A stretch of 64,000 nucleotides of DNA from a virus. The DNA lies in the IMG/VR virus record IMGVR_UViG_3300046538_000109, positions 7,211 through 71,210 of that record. One strand, written 5' to 3'. Each line of letters begins with the position of its first letter. The stretch's first letter is position 1. The translations under genes were made by a program, and so were the position numbers. The notes under the pieces are model-generated. The model saw only the letters and a list, made by a program, of their open reading frames with translations, was not told the DNA's origin and did not search any database. Below, one piece after another: positions 26,870 to 36,421 of the stretch.

Positions 26870-28089
26870 GCGGCTTCCTCCAGCTGGGCGGCCGGGCCGG
26901 CGCCGGCCAGGCGAATACTGTAGAGGCGAGTGAGGGACTTGGTCAGGTCGATAATGTCGCGTGCACCGCCGCTATTGGGCTCCTTTTCCAACACCGGACC
27001 ATTGGTATGGATGCTATCCGGGTCGGTTTCGCGCAAGAAGCCGACGAAGTCGCGCACGATGGTGTCATTAATCTTGTCCGGATACTTCGCCAGTAACTTG
27101 GAGAGGGAGAAATTGTGCGGTTTTTTCGTCTGGTTGTACTGATTCACGACGATATGCACGTCCAAGTTGATGCCCTGGCGGTTGAAGGCGGCATTGATCT
27201 CCTGCACGTTCGACGCCAGCACGTCCAGAGCTGCGATTGCTTGGCCCTCCGGCGATACCACGGTCAGTAGCGTTTTGCTGGCCACCATGAACGTGGTGGA
27301 GAGTAGGGAGGCGCCCGGAGCCGAGTCGATGACGATCACATCATATTTGCTAAAGAATTCCTGTTCCTGCTCCAGCAGGCGCTGGAATGCGAATTCACGG
27401 TTCATGATTCCCATCAACCAAGTGTCATCCACCATCGTGATATCGCTGGGGATCAGGTCGAGCATGCCCCCAGGGTAGACCGAGCGCACCGCTTGCTCAG
27501 GATTGGCAGGCTCGTTGCGTGCTGCGCGCTGCATCAACTTGGACACGTGGGTGATCTCTTCTTCCAGCCAGTTGATGCCGAACAGGGAGGTCAACGATGC
27601 CTGTGGGTCGCCGTCAATCAGCAGCACTTTGTAGCCGGACAGGGCAAGGCAACTGGCAACATTGCCCGTGATGGTCGTCTTTCCGACGCCGCCCTTGGCC
27701 ATGCGCGTATCAATGATCGGGGGAAGGTTGCGCGGTCGCGTGGCATCTTGAGGGATGCCCAGTAGATCCATGCGGATATGCCGAATTTCTTGCGCCGAAT
27801 ACAGCTTGTGTGAGTTATCGGTCGAGTCGCGGTAGCGAGCGCGGAACGTCTTGGGCGTGCCCGTGAAGCCGGTCAACTCCATGGCGAGTTTCGCCTTCAC
27901 CCCATCAAAAGATCGCATAATTTGCCTTGGTTCAAAAATAATGTTGCCTATCATATCTTTCTCAAGGGTTCTTTTCAATACGGTTTTTGAAAAATAAAGG
28001 GGAATCTGCAAAAAAAGGGCGTTGCTACGATTGCTTGGTCGCCATGGCGTGTACGTCGATGGCTTCTCGGAGGTCGGCATGCCAGTCAT
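26866..28089 (-). CDS. parA: ParA partition ATPase, type Ia (long N-terminal extension)
   Basis: Deviant Walker A MAKGGVGKTT preceded by ~120-aa N-terminal extension as in P1 ParA/F SopA; 407 aa. Confidence 0.85.
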   Translation of the reverse strand: MTGMPTSEKPSTYTPWRPSNRSNALFLQIPLYFSKTVLKRTLEKDMIGNIIFEPRQIMRSFDGVKAKLAMELTGFTGTPKTFRARYRDSTDNSHKLYSAQEIRHIRMDLLGIPQDATRPRNLPPIIDTRMAKGGVGKTTITGNVASCLALSGYKVLLIDGDPQASLTSLFGINWLEEEITHVSKLMQRAARNEPANPEQAVRSVYPGGMLDLIPSDITMVDDTWLMGIMNREFAFQRLLEQEQEFFSKYDVIVIDSAPGASLLSTTFMVASKTLLTVVSPEGQAIAALDVLASNVQEINAAFNRQGINLDVHIVVNQYNQTKKPHNFSLSKLLAKYPDKINDTIVRDFVGFLRETDPDSIHTNGPVLEKEPNSGGARDIIDLTKSLTRLYSIRLAGAGPAAQLEEAA

Positions 28090-28200
28090 CGCTGCCTAGA
28101 ATCCTATAGGCAGTTGCTCCATCGGCCGTGCCTCGCAGGAAGCCACCTGCAGTTGCAAGGTGGTCCAGCCGTTGCGCATCCGTCAGCTCGGGGATGGCAG

Positions 28201-28704
28201 TCATGCTGCGGCCGCAGTGCTCAGTAATTGGCGCATCATGGCCAAGTTTGCGGCGGCCCCAGCAGGGAGCCCCTTTCCAGCGATCTCGTGCGCAATGCGA
28301 CGGGTGGCGCAGCTGGCCAGCGCGCGTTGTTCGGCGGCGGCATGCGCCTGTTGCCGCTCGATGCGCGCAGCGGCAGCGGCGAACAAGTAAGCGGCGTGCT
28401 CGATGGCGGCCGCACTGAAGTCGTAGCCGGGCGCGGCGATGCGCAGCTGCGCCTGCTTGAGCTGGTGCAGGCGCGTGATGGGCCGCGCCCGGTGCTCAGC
28501 TTCCAACGCGAAGCCCGCCAGGTGGCGCATCGGCGCCGGCACATTGCAGGCGCGGCCGATGAAGCGCTGCAGGCGCCGAGGGGCGTAGAAATCGTCCTCG
28601 GTGAGCAGGGTGTACACGCAGCCAGGTGCAACGATGCCCAGCGCGGGCTGATGCCAGTAACCGGCACGCATGCGTGCCAACTCGGTCGCGGGACAGTGAG
28701 CCAT
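28201..28704 (-). CDS. Hypothetical protein (167 aa); coding status uncertain (overlapping + strand ORF of similar length)
   Basis: ORF only. Confidence 0.25.
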   Translation of the reverse strand: MAHCPATELARMRAGYWHQPALGIVAPGCVYTLLTEDDFYAPRRLQRFIGRACNVPAPMRHLAGFALEAEHRARPITRLHQLKQAQLRIAAPGYDFSAAAIEHAAYLFAAAAARIERQQAHAAAEQRALASCATRRIAHEIAGKGLPAGAAANLAMMRQLLSTAAAA

Positions 28705-29810
28705 TATTCGCAGGTGCTCGGCCAGGTCGACGCGGCGGTCGCCGCCGGCGCCGGCTGCTGAAGTGGATTGGTCATGGCGTGCACTCTTGAAGGTAGTTGT
28801 CGATGGTGGCCAGCAGGTCGGTCCGATACCCGCCCAGCGTCAGGGCGGTCATCGCATAGCCTTCGCTCGCGACGATCGCGCGTAGCTCGCGCAGGGCGCC
28901 AGTGGCCCGCTCGAGCTTCTGCAGGGTGGCGCGGGCCGACTGGGGCGGGGCGGGTGTTGCGTGGGTTGTGGCGGCCGGCACGGCTATGCTTGCATTTCCG
29001 AGCGGCAGGCGAGCGGGGCGGGCGAGCGGGGCGAGTGCATGGCGATGACGTTCGCGCAGACAAGGACGGTGCCCACGACGAGCAGCACCAGGGTGTAAAG
29101 CCGTTTCATTGCGGGGTCCAGTGGCTCAAGGCAAGGGGGAATGAGGCGGGGCGGTATGGGGTGCGAAAGCGTACTCTGCATGGATCCTCGGTCGAAGGTG
29201 GCGCCCTGGTGGGCAGGCTGGCGCCGGTTCGGCAAGAGCGCCAACAGGCAAGGCGGCTTGTCGAGTCTCCCCAGAAACGCAGTAAGGCAGCGGGCGGAAT
29301 GCCCGTCTGCCACCGCCTCGCGGCCGCCTTGCCTGTTGGCGCTAAAGAGGCGCACAGGCACGAATAATTGCCAGGCAGATACTACAACTAAAAATTGCAG
29401 ATGCGCAAGCATGTTGTGACGATTTATTTAAAAATTGTTACATGGCAAATGTTGCGATACTTACGCGATACTTGGGGGGCTTAATGCTCCTTTAATTGCC
29501 CTTGATGGATGGCGAGAGGTAGGGGCAGAGTGCGCGGTATACGTGGAACAACAACTTGATGGAAGAAAATAGAATGCGCGGTATAGGTTCGAGTAATACA
29601 GGGAGCGGCCCAGTTGGCGCGATTGATATTGGCAACATGGCACCGGATGAGGGGCGCCAGTCGCTCCTGGCCGCGTTTGACCGCGCCTCGCCGGCAGACC
29701 AGGCCTACGTGGTGAAAGTCGTGCTGTCGCTGACCGCAGTAGGCGACGAGGCTGTCGCAGCGGACGACGCGGCCGCCAGGGAGGCGCAGCTCGAGCGGGC
29801 GCGCCCGGGG

Positions 29811-30242
29811 TTACGACTTGTGCCGGGCGCGGGTCTTCGCCGGCAGGGCTTCAGGGGGTAGTCGCTCCGCATGGAGGGCGGCAGCGCGCAGCTGCCGTCT
29901 ACCTGTTTCGCTCAACTCACGATACAGGGTCAGCAGGTCGGCCTCTTCGAGCAGTACATACATCAGTATCCACTCCATAGGCGGCGGCGGTAGTGGCGCC
30001 GGTGGCGTATGCGGTGTGCTGCCAAATTTCAAATACTCCGGGGTCACGTTCAGATATCCGGCCACCTTGCGGAGGACGCGATCGCGTGGGAATTGCATTC
30101 CCTTTACCCACTTGTTGACTGCTTGCGGGGTGCACCCGATGGATCGGGCCATTTCCGATTGGTTTCCCCCGTTTTTCGTTTTCAGGGCCGCTTCCAGTCT
30201 CGCTGCGAACTCTTTGGTTGCCATATCGTCATACTTCTTCAT
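29811..30242 (-). CDS. cI-like repressor (XRE-family HTH)
   Basis: HTH_3 motif QSEMARSIGCTPQAVNKWVKG; divergent from a Cro-like gene across a palindrome-rich 92-bp region. Confidence 0.65.
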   Translation of the reverse strand: MKKYDDMATKEFAARLEAALKTKNGGNQSEMARSIGCTPQAVNKWVKGMQFPRDRVLRKVAGYLNVTPEYLKFGSTPHTPPAPLPPPPMEWILMYVLLEEADLLTLYRELSETGRRQLRAAALHAERLPPEALPAKTRARHKS

Positions 30243-30254
30243 TGGGTGGAGCAT

Positions 30255-30346
30255 ACAGCGAGAATCGCGCGTTTACACTACAACAATTCGTTGCAAAAAC
30301 TAGTGTTTATCTGTAATAATTCGGTTAACTTTCTTACTGGGAAACA
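30255..30346. promoter_or_regulatory. Divergent cI/cro promoter-operator region with nested palindromes (ACACTA-20 bp-TAGTGT; CAACAATTCGTTG; GTTAAC)
   Basis: Read directly; AT-rich. Confidence 0.45.
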
Positions 30347-30562
30347 ATGTTGGAATCAGGTATCGCAAAAGCAGTGCGCTTGGCGGAGAGTCAATCTGCC
30401 CTTGCAAGGTTGCTCAAGTGCACACCGCAGTGCGTGCAGCGCTGGGCCAAGCAAGGATTCGTGGCCGCAAAGCGCTGCAAAGATGTTGAGGCCGCACTGG
30501 GCGGGCGCGTGACGAGGGCGGAGCTCAACCCGTCGACGTTCGGCCCGGCAGCGCTGGCCTGA
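30347..30562 (+). CDS. Cro/YdaS-like small HTH regulator
   Basis: 71 aa, HTH SQSALARLLKCTPQCVQRWAKQG; position opposite the repressor gene. Confidence 0.6.
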   Translation: MLESGIAKAVRLAESQSALARLLKCTPQCVQRWAKQGFVAAKRCKDVEAALGGRVTRAELNPSTFGPAALA

Positions 30563-30608
30563 TACATCAGCACGGCAATTTTTTCGATTTACATAGCATA
30601 GGAAAGTA

Positions 30609-30914
30609 ATGACAGATAACACCGCAAACAGCACAGACGAGCTCGAATTCAGCAGGACGGCATCCTTCGAACTGGAGCCAGTATCCCCCGAAATAGCCGC
30701 GCGGTCACGCAAGAATCAAGCCGTTATCTTGCAGACAATTAATGATGTCACGGCGGCAGCGATCGCCGAGACGATGAACGTGCACGAATCCTCCGTGTCG
30801 CGTTTTAAATCGGGCGGCGGCTTGGCGTTTGCCGCCCGCCTGCTGGCGAGCGCCGGCCTGAAAGTTGTCCCGGTGGATGCCATTGTCTTTACCCAGTCAG
30901 ACGTACACAAATGA
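30609..30914 (+). CDS. CII-like transcriptional activator
   Basis: Alignable by eye to lambda CII core: AAIAETMNVHESSVSRFK vs TAEAVGVDKSQISRWK, followed by a hydrophobic helix; good SD. Confidence 0.5.
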   Translation: MTDNTANSTDELEFSRTASFELEPVSPEIAARSRKNQAVILQTINDVTAAAIAETMNVHESSVSRFKSGGGLAFAARLLASAGLKVVPVDAIVFTQSDVHK

Positions 30915-30999
30915 TGCCGCCGCGCCAGCACGCGTAAAAACGCTGGACGAAAAAAAGCCCGGCTGCAACCGGGCTTCCCTCTTACTTCACTTGACTGCC

Positions 31000-31611
31000 A
31001 TGACAAAACGAACTTTACCACAACCGGACGCCGCATGCCTTGCTGTTGTCCTCGATGTGCTGGCGACCACAGAGGCGCCGTTGTCCCTGCCCCTCATTCA
31101 AAAAACGATCCGGGCTAAACATAAGCTCACAGCCTCCGAGATCCGGGCCGCCGTGAACGCCCTGGTGGCGGACGAGCGGGTCGATAGCGAGCAGTTCAGC
31201 CTGGCCCAGCCCCGCGTGTACTTTCTCCCCAGTCGGCCGCCACGCGGCGCAATCTGGACGCCAGCCAGCCAGGTGCCGCGCATCGCCCCGGTAGTGCCGC
31301 GCCAGCCTGGCATGAGCGCCTTCGCCATGTTTGCCGCGCAGCACGAGCAACTGCTGGACCACCAGCGTGCTGGCGCCGCGCCAGCCGCGGCGCCCATCGT
31401 CCGACCCGGCGCGCTCGAACACCCAACCGAGATCGCCGTGCTCGAGCACGTCAAGGCAAATCCGAATGTCGACGTCGGCGGGATCGCGCTCGCCATCAAT
31501 GTTCAGACTGAACTGCTGTACCCGGTCATGCAGAAGCTGAAACGCACAGGGCAGATTTGCTCCGCCGGCCGCGTCGGCAATAGCAACCAGTGGCGGGCTG
31601 TCGTATGCTGA
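31000..31611 (+). CDS. Hypothetical protein (~203 aa)
   Basis: ORF; start assigned to internal ATG at 31000 after a weak hairpin at 30956-30975. Confidence 0.4.
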   Translation: MTKRTLPQPDAACLAVVLDVLATTEAPLSLPLIQKTIRAKHKLTASEIRAAVNALVADERVDSEQFSLAQPRVYFLPSRPPRGAIWTPASQVPRIAPVVPRQPGMSAFAMFAAQHEQLLDHQRAGAAPAAAPIVRPGALEHPTEIAVLEHVKANPNVDVGGIALAINVQTELLYPVMQKLKRTGQICSAGRVGNSNQWRAVVC

Positions 31612-31790
31612 TCGGCTACGCAAGTACCATCGAAAAGTTCCGCGAGCGCACCGCCGCAAGCGTCGCGTATGTTCACCGCAAGCAAAAATGCGCCTGTGGC
31701 AAAGAGGCGCCGGCCAAGCAGTTGACCCAATACGGCAAGTGCGTGGCGTGTGTCCGGCTCGCGGCCGCAGCGATTCCGGAGGCGGCATGA
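31605..31790 (+). CDS. Small Cys-rich hypothetical protein (possible zinc finger)
   Basis: CACGKEAPAKQLTQYGKCVAC; ATGA overlap with the downstream dam. Confidence 0.25.
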   Translation: MLIGYASTIEKFRERTAASVAYVHRKQKCACGKEAPAKQLTQYGKCVACVRLAAAAIPEAA

Positions 31791-32638
31791 TCGACACAAT
31801 CAAGCCGGTCCTGCGCTACCACGGCGGGAAGTTCCGCCTGGCCCAGTGGATTATGTCGTTCTTCCCCGATCACAGCTGCTATGTCGAGCCGTTCGGCGGC
31901 GCGGCCGGCGTGCTGATTCAGAAGGAACGCGTCTATGCCGAGGTCTACAACGACCTCGATCGGGACGTCGCCAATTTCTTCGCTGTGCTGCGCGATCCTG
32001 AGCTGCGCCGCCAGTTGATCGAGGCCGTTGTGTTCACGCCCTACGCGCGCACCGAGTTCGAGCAGGCCTGGGAGCCCACAGACGAGCCGATCGAGTCCGC
32101 GCGCCGTCTGTGCATCCGTGCCCAGATGGGATTCGGATCCGCCGGCGCTACTAAGGGGACGACGGGCTTTCGCATCGACACCAAGCGCGAATACGGTACG
32201 GCCCAGCACCTATGGGCGCAATACCCGGCGGCGCTGGCGGCCGCCGGCGAGCGCCTCACTGGCGTGCTGATCGAAAACCGGCCGGCGCTCGAAGTGATCG
32301 CCGCCCACGACGCCCCGACCACGCTGCATTTCGTGGATCCGCCGTATGTGCACGCGACGCGGACCCATGGCGGCCGCAAGGGCTATCGCCATGAAATGAG
32401 CGACGAAGACCACCTCGAACTGATCGAATCGCTCGGCGAACTGGACGGCTTTGTCGTCCTGTCGGGCTACGATTCGGACCTGTATCGGTCGCGCTTGGCT
32501 GGATGGACCCGACACTGCACAACGTCCCGCATTTCAGGGGGGCGCGGCTCCGTGCTGCGCAATGAGGTTGTCTGGGTCAACCCGGCCTGCAGCGCCGCGC
32601 TCGCGCGCGAAGCTGCACAGCAGAGCTTGTTCGCATGA
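31787..32638 (+). CDS. dam: DNA adenine methyltransferase (Dam-like, D12 class)
   Basis: Motif I VEPFGGAAGV and motif IV DPPY (LHFVDPPYVHATR); N-terminal MIDTIKPVLRYHGGK typical of Dam. Confidence 0.85.
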   Translation: MIDTIKPVLRYHGGKFRLAQWIMSFFPDHSCYVEPFGGAAGVLIQKERVYAEVYNDLDRDVANFFAVLRDPELRRQLIEAVVFTPYARTEFEQAWEPTDEPIESARRLCIRAQMGFGSAGATKGTTGFRIDTKREYGTAQHLWAQYPAALAAAGERLTGVLIENRPALEVIAAHDAPTTLHFVDPPYVHATRTHGGRKGYRHEMSDEDHLELIESLGELDGFVVLSGYDSDLYRSRLAGWTRHCTTSRISGGRGSVLRNEVVWVNPACSAALAREAAQQSLFA

Positions 32639-32706
32639 GGCGCGACCCGATGAATCGCAGTACCGCAGCGATCAAACGCTCCCCCATCGCCCCCAGTTCG
32701 GCGCCG

Positions 32707-32811
32707 ATGGCCCGCTCGGCCATCCAGCCGGGCTCGTCCCAGCTGACCCGGTCCAGTCCTATGGTGCGCTCGGCGATTCAGCCCGGCCCGGCCCAGCTCG
32801 TGCGCGCGCCG
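32707..32811. repeat. Imperfect tandem direct repeat (~54 + 51 bp) in the dam/ybcO-like intergenic region
   Basis: atggcccgctcggccatccagccgggctcgtcccagctgacccggtccagtcct / atggtgcgctcggcgattcagcccggcccggcccagctcgtgcgcgcgccg. Confidence 0.35.
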
Positions 32812-32898
32812 ATGGCATGGGCACAGGTCACCCGCTCCGAGACGCGGGTGGCGGCGCCGCTGCCGCGCAAGCGCGGGCTGCGATCGCGCGGGCCAAGG

Positions 32899-33198
32899 AT
32901 GACGCCTATCCGCCGCTCGGCAAAGAACGAGGACTGCACGCTGAACATCCCCGGCCTCTGCGAGAACAAGACCGACACGACGGTGTGGTGCCACTCGAAT
33001 CTCTACACCGATGGAAAGGGAATGGGCATCAAGGCCGATGATGAAGCCGGCTGCTATGGGTGCGCGATCTGTCACGCGTTCTATGACGGGGGATGGACCA
33101 GCTATCCGGGCATGACCCGCGAACTGGTCGAGCAGTATTTCGCAATCGCCCGCGCCAAGAGCCGTCTGAAATTGAAGCACAAAGGATTAGTTGAATGA
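32899..33198 (+). CDS. YbcO-like (DUF1364) putative prophage nuclease
   Basis: CTLNIPGLCENKTDTTVWCHSN...GKGMGIKADD...GCYGCAICH parallels E. coli YbcO (CQVRIPGVCNGNPETSVLAHIR...GTGTKPPD...ACSACH); start at ATG 32899 with AAGGA SD gives 99 aa. Confidence 0.5.
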   Translation: MTPIRRSAKNEDCTLNIPGLCENKTDTTVWCHSNLYTDGKGMGIKADDEAGCYGCAICHAFYDGGWTSYPGMTRELVEQYFAIARAKSRLKLKHKGLVE

Positions 33199-34106
33199 GT
33201 ATTGTTTTAATGACACAGGCATGGGCTTCAACAATGTCTTCGGGCAAAAAGTTCGTGCTGCTCTCCCTGTGCGACAACGCCAACGAGCAGGGCATGTGCT
33301 ATCCGTCCGTCGGACTGATCGCGCAGAAGTGCACGATGGGCGAGCGCACCGTCCAGCAGCACCTGCGCGCCCTAGAAGAAGAGGGCATCATTCGCCGCGA
33401 AATGCGCGCCGGACGTCGCACCTGGTACTTCATCCACCCCGAGCAATTCCCGCAAACCCCCGCAGATAATGCACCCCCGCAGTACCCGCACCCCGCAGAT
33501 GACGACGTGATACCCCCGCAAGATTTGCCAAAAACCCCCGCAAAACTCGCACCCAGAACCGTCAAGGAACCATCACAGAAGCGTCAGGTGGTGCGCGCTG
33601 CGCGCTTACCCTCCGACTGGGTACTGCCGAAAGCTTGGGGAGAATGGGCAATGCAACACTGTCCCGAATGGACCGTCGAGCAGGTCCGGCAGATCGGCGA
33701 GAAGTTCAAGGACCACTGGATCGCCTTGTCCGGACAGCGGGCCAACAAGACCGACTGGCTGGCCACTTGGCGCAACTGGTGCCGCAATGAAAGCGCTCGC
33801 CAGCCGGCCGCCGGTGGCGCCAAGCAGGGCGGCGGAATGTGGTGGGCCAGCGACACGTCCATCCTGGCCAAGGGTGCGGAGCTGAACCTGCGACCGTATC
33901 CGGGCGAGGCCATGCCGGCGTTCAAGGGCCGCGTGCAGGCCGCCATCGACAACGGCGGCGTGGCTCCAGCGCCGAAGCCGAGCGTATTGCCGCCGCTGCC
34001 CGTGCCAACTGCTCCAGCCTCGTCCGACGGCAAGCGCGTCAAGCCGGAAGGCCTGGACCTCAAATCGCTCATCAGCAAAAACTATAAACGTATTAACAAT
34101 AACTAA
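33195..34106 (+). CDS. Phage replication-initiation protein (N-terminal HTH_36-like, W-rich C-terminal DnaT-like domain)
   Basis: KFVLLSLCDNANEQGMCYPSVGLIAQKCTMGERTVQQHLRALEEEGII motif; C-terminal WVLPKAWGEWAMQHCPEWT...WLATWRNW. Confidence 0.5.
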   Translation: MSIVLMTQAWASTMSSGKKFVLLSLCDNANEQGMCYPSVGLIAQKCTMGERTVQQHLRALEEEGIIRREMRAGRRTWYFIHPEQFPQTPADNAPPQYPHPADDDVIPPQDLPKTPAKLAPRTVKEPSQKRQVVRAARLPSDWVLPKAWGEWAMQHCPEWTVEQVRQIGEKFKDHWIALSGQRANKTDWLATWRNWCRNESARQPAAGGAKQGGGMWWASDTSILAKGAELNLRPYPGEAMPAFKGRVQAAIDNGGVAPAPKPSVLPPLPVPTAPASSDGKRVKPEGLDLKSLISKNYKRINNN

Positions 34107-34119
34107 TTAATAAGAAATC

Positions 34120-34392
34120 ATGCCGAATTCGACCACCACCAACTCCGCCGGCGCCCTGCTGGACGCCGCCATCGCCAAGATGGGCCTGAAAAGCGATGCC
34201 GAGTTGTCGCGCGCCTTGGGCATGGCGCCTGCGAACATCAGCAGCATCCGCTGCAACAGAATGCCAGTGCGCGCTTCCATGTTGCTGCGCCTGCACGACA
34301 TCACTGGTTTGGCACTCGCCGAAATGCGCGGCATGATCGGCGCCGAGCCGTACCGCAGCCCCTTGTTGGCCCCCCATGCCGCCGCTATGTGA
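34120..34392 (+). CDS. Small HTH regulatory protein
   Basis: LKSDAELSRALGMAPANISSIRCNR HTH-like. Confidence 0.4.
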   Translation: MPNSTTTNSAGALLDAAIAKMGLKSDAELSRALGMAPANISSIRCNRMPVRASMLLRLHDITGLALAEMRGMIGAEPYRSPLLAPHAAAM

Positions 34393-34641
34393 ATGGTGCA
34401 TGGAACTCTCACCACGCTTCCAGGCGCGGCGGGAGTGCTGCCAGGTGCGGCTGCTGGCGAGCATGCCCAGGCACGCGCGCGCAACGGCCTACCAGCAAGC
34501 GCGCCAGACCGAGGGAGCCGACGCCGAGCAGCGACTCAAGGATCTGGTGGCGGCGGAATACCAGCGACAGAACGGCGAGCGCCTGGCGCTGGCCAAGAAG
34601 CACTTTGAAGAAATGAAGAAATTGATAGGAGCAAGACCGCG

Positions 34642-35154
34642 ATGAGCAAGACCAAGAAACCCCGCAACAAACCCTACCGCCCCAAGATGACAGCTGCAGG
34701 CGGCGGCCTGATGGCGCTGGTGCGGATTGAAGACCGTGCGCGCCATCGTGCCGTGCTCAGCTCGCCCTACGCTGAGGAAGACCGCAACGACCTGGCCACC
34801 GCCTACTGGAGGGCGTTCGGTGACCTGAAAAGCGGGACCGCGACCGAGGAAGCCTGGTCGAATGTGGCCGCATCCGTGAATATGGCGCTGCTGCTGGCCG
34901 AGGGCGGACTGGGCGAAGAATGCACGCCTGAAATCGTACCGGCGCTGGAAGGCCTGTTCAAGGCCAAGCAGCGCGGCGAGCGTCACGGTAGCTATCGCCT
35001 CGACGGCCCCGGCTTGGTGGCGGTCCAGAACGTGCTCAAGATCCACGATGCGCAGATGGAGCACGCTACGCCGATGGACATGCTGAACGCCGACGCGGAG
35101 CTGAAAAAGCGCATGCGCGAGGGCAACGTCTATTCGGCGGAACGCATTCATTGA
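34642..35154 (+). CDS. Hypothetical protein (170 aa)
   Basis: ORF, good coding composition. Confidence 0.4.
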   Translation: MSKTKKPRNKPYRPKMTAAGGGLMALVRIEDRARHRAVLSSPYAEEDRNDLATAYWRAFGDLKSGTATEEAWSNVAASVNMALLLAEGGLGEECTPEIVPALEGLFKAKQRGERHGSYRLDGPGLVAVQNVLKIHDAQMEHATPMDMLNADAELKKRMREGNVYSAERIH

Positions 35155-35243
35155 CAGGCGCGCCGCGCCGATCGCGCGGCGTCACGGCCGAGCCGATCTC
35201 GGCCTGACCGATTCGACAAACACTCTACCAACCACCGGAAAAC

Positions 35244-35528
35244 ATGGCTTTCTCTGACACCCTGGACCGATTGCGCGACGCAGCGCTACCCTATCCTCGA
35301 TCGGATGCGCACCGCGGAATGCAGGCCGAGCGCCGGATCGTGGCGCGCCGCGATCTGGTCGATATCCTGCGCCAGTTCGACCGCCTCGATGCTGAGGCGC
35401 GACTGGGCTATCCGCCGCACATCGCCCAACTTGCCGACGCTGCGACGAATGCGATCGGCTGGATACCGCCCGGGGATGTGCGCGGGCAGCTGAAGTACGC
35501 GCTGAACCTGGTGAGGCCGGCCCGATGA
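35244..35528 (+). CDS. Hypothetical protein (94 aa)
   Basis: ORF. Confidence 0.35.
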   Translation: MAFSDTLDRLRDAALPYPRSDAHRGMQAERRIVARRDLVDILRQFDRLDAEARLGYPPHIAQLADAATNAIGWIPPGDVRGQLKYALNLVRPAR

Positions 35529-35881
35529 AATTCCCCGAAACGAACTCGCGCGGAGAGGCGATCCTGAAAGCCTTCCTCAAAGGGCCGATGACGATATACC
35601 AGGGCGCAGAGGCGCATGGCGAATTCCCGAACCGCCATCTTCCCAACGGCATCAACCATGCCAAGATGGTCGAGTTGTACGACAGCCTCGTTGAGCGCGG
35701 CTGCCTGGTGAAGGAGGGAATTGTGTACCGGATCACGACGCAGGCCCGCACCCGCCTTGAGCAGAAATTGCGTGGACCCGAAGAGCCGCCTTCGATCGTG
35801 CCCCCGCGCGTGCGCAATTTCTTCGCCAAGTCTCTGTTCGTGGGCTATTCGCCCATGTTCCCATGGCGTATAGCGTTGTGA
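35525..35881 (+). CDS. Hypothetical protein (118 aa)
   Basis: ORF, ATGA overlap with upstream gene. Confidence 0.35.
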   Translation: MKFPETNSRGEAILKAFLKGPMTIYQGAEAHGEFPNRHLPNGINHAKMVELYDSLVERGCLVKEGIVYRITTQARTRLEQKLRGPEEPPSIVPPRVRNFFAKSLFVGYSPMFPWRIAL

Positions 35882-35946
35882 CGAAAATCTAAGTTTTCCG
35901 GAAAGCCCACTTAGACTGCCTCGCGTTGACCAAGGAGGCGGGGCAG

Positions 35947-36378
35947 ATGAAAACGAAGGATCCGATAACGCAATACTGCTGGGACTGGGTGCGATGGTGC
36001 GAAACGCGCCATTTCTACATCCGCTCTGTCGGGCAGGGCACGCTCGGCGCCCTGCAGCAGGGCAAGGGCGGCGGCCGCGAGCCCAACGCGCGCAACGATC
36101 CCGACATGCAGTATTTCAACATGGCCGTGCACACCCTGCGCGACCTACCCCAGTATCGCCGCGAGTGGCTGGCGTTCGAGTATTTTTATCTCAAGCCCGA
36201 TCAGGTCGTGAAGCGCACGGCCGAGCAGCTGGGCGTCGGCCTGCGCACCTACTACGACATGGTGCGCCGGTTCGGCCAGCGCGCCTACCGGCTTTACCCG
36301 AGCATCAAGAAAGCCCACGAGGCAATGTCCGCCGCGAGCAACAAGCACGCCGCGCTGGCGGCCGCAGACATCGACTGA
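35947..36378 (+). CDS. Possible late-gene regulator (Q-antiterminator-like by position)
   Basis: SD AAGGAGG 8 nt before ATG 35947; W/Y-rich small protein at the position lambdoid phages place Q; homology not verified. Confidence 0.3.
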   Translation: MKTKDPITQYCWDWVRWCETRHFYIRSVGQGTLGALQQGKGGGREPNARNDPDMQYFNMAVHTLRDLPQYRREWLAFEYFYLKPDQVVKRTAEQLGVGLRTYYDMVRRFGQRAYRLYPSIKKAHEAMSAASNKHAALAAADID

Positions 36379-36421
36379 CCGGCGCCGGCCGCCGCATCCC
36401 GTCCACTTCGCCCAGAGCGCC

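Noticed and set aside
28092-28113. Palindrome CTGCCTA-gaatccta-TAGGCAG just upstream of the parA start as the ParA operator
   Set aside because: Only a 7-bp arm, 3 nt from the start codon; could equally be a terminator remnant of the upstream gene; too weak to call.
28984-29111. 42-aa lipoprotein-like minus-strand ORF (MKRLYTLVLLVVGTVLVCANV...)
   Set aside because: Below length cutoff, no SD, embedded in a region with competing long ORFs on both strands.
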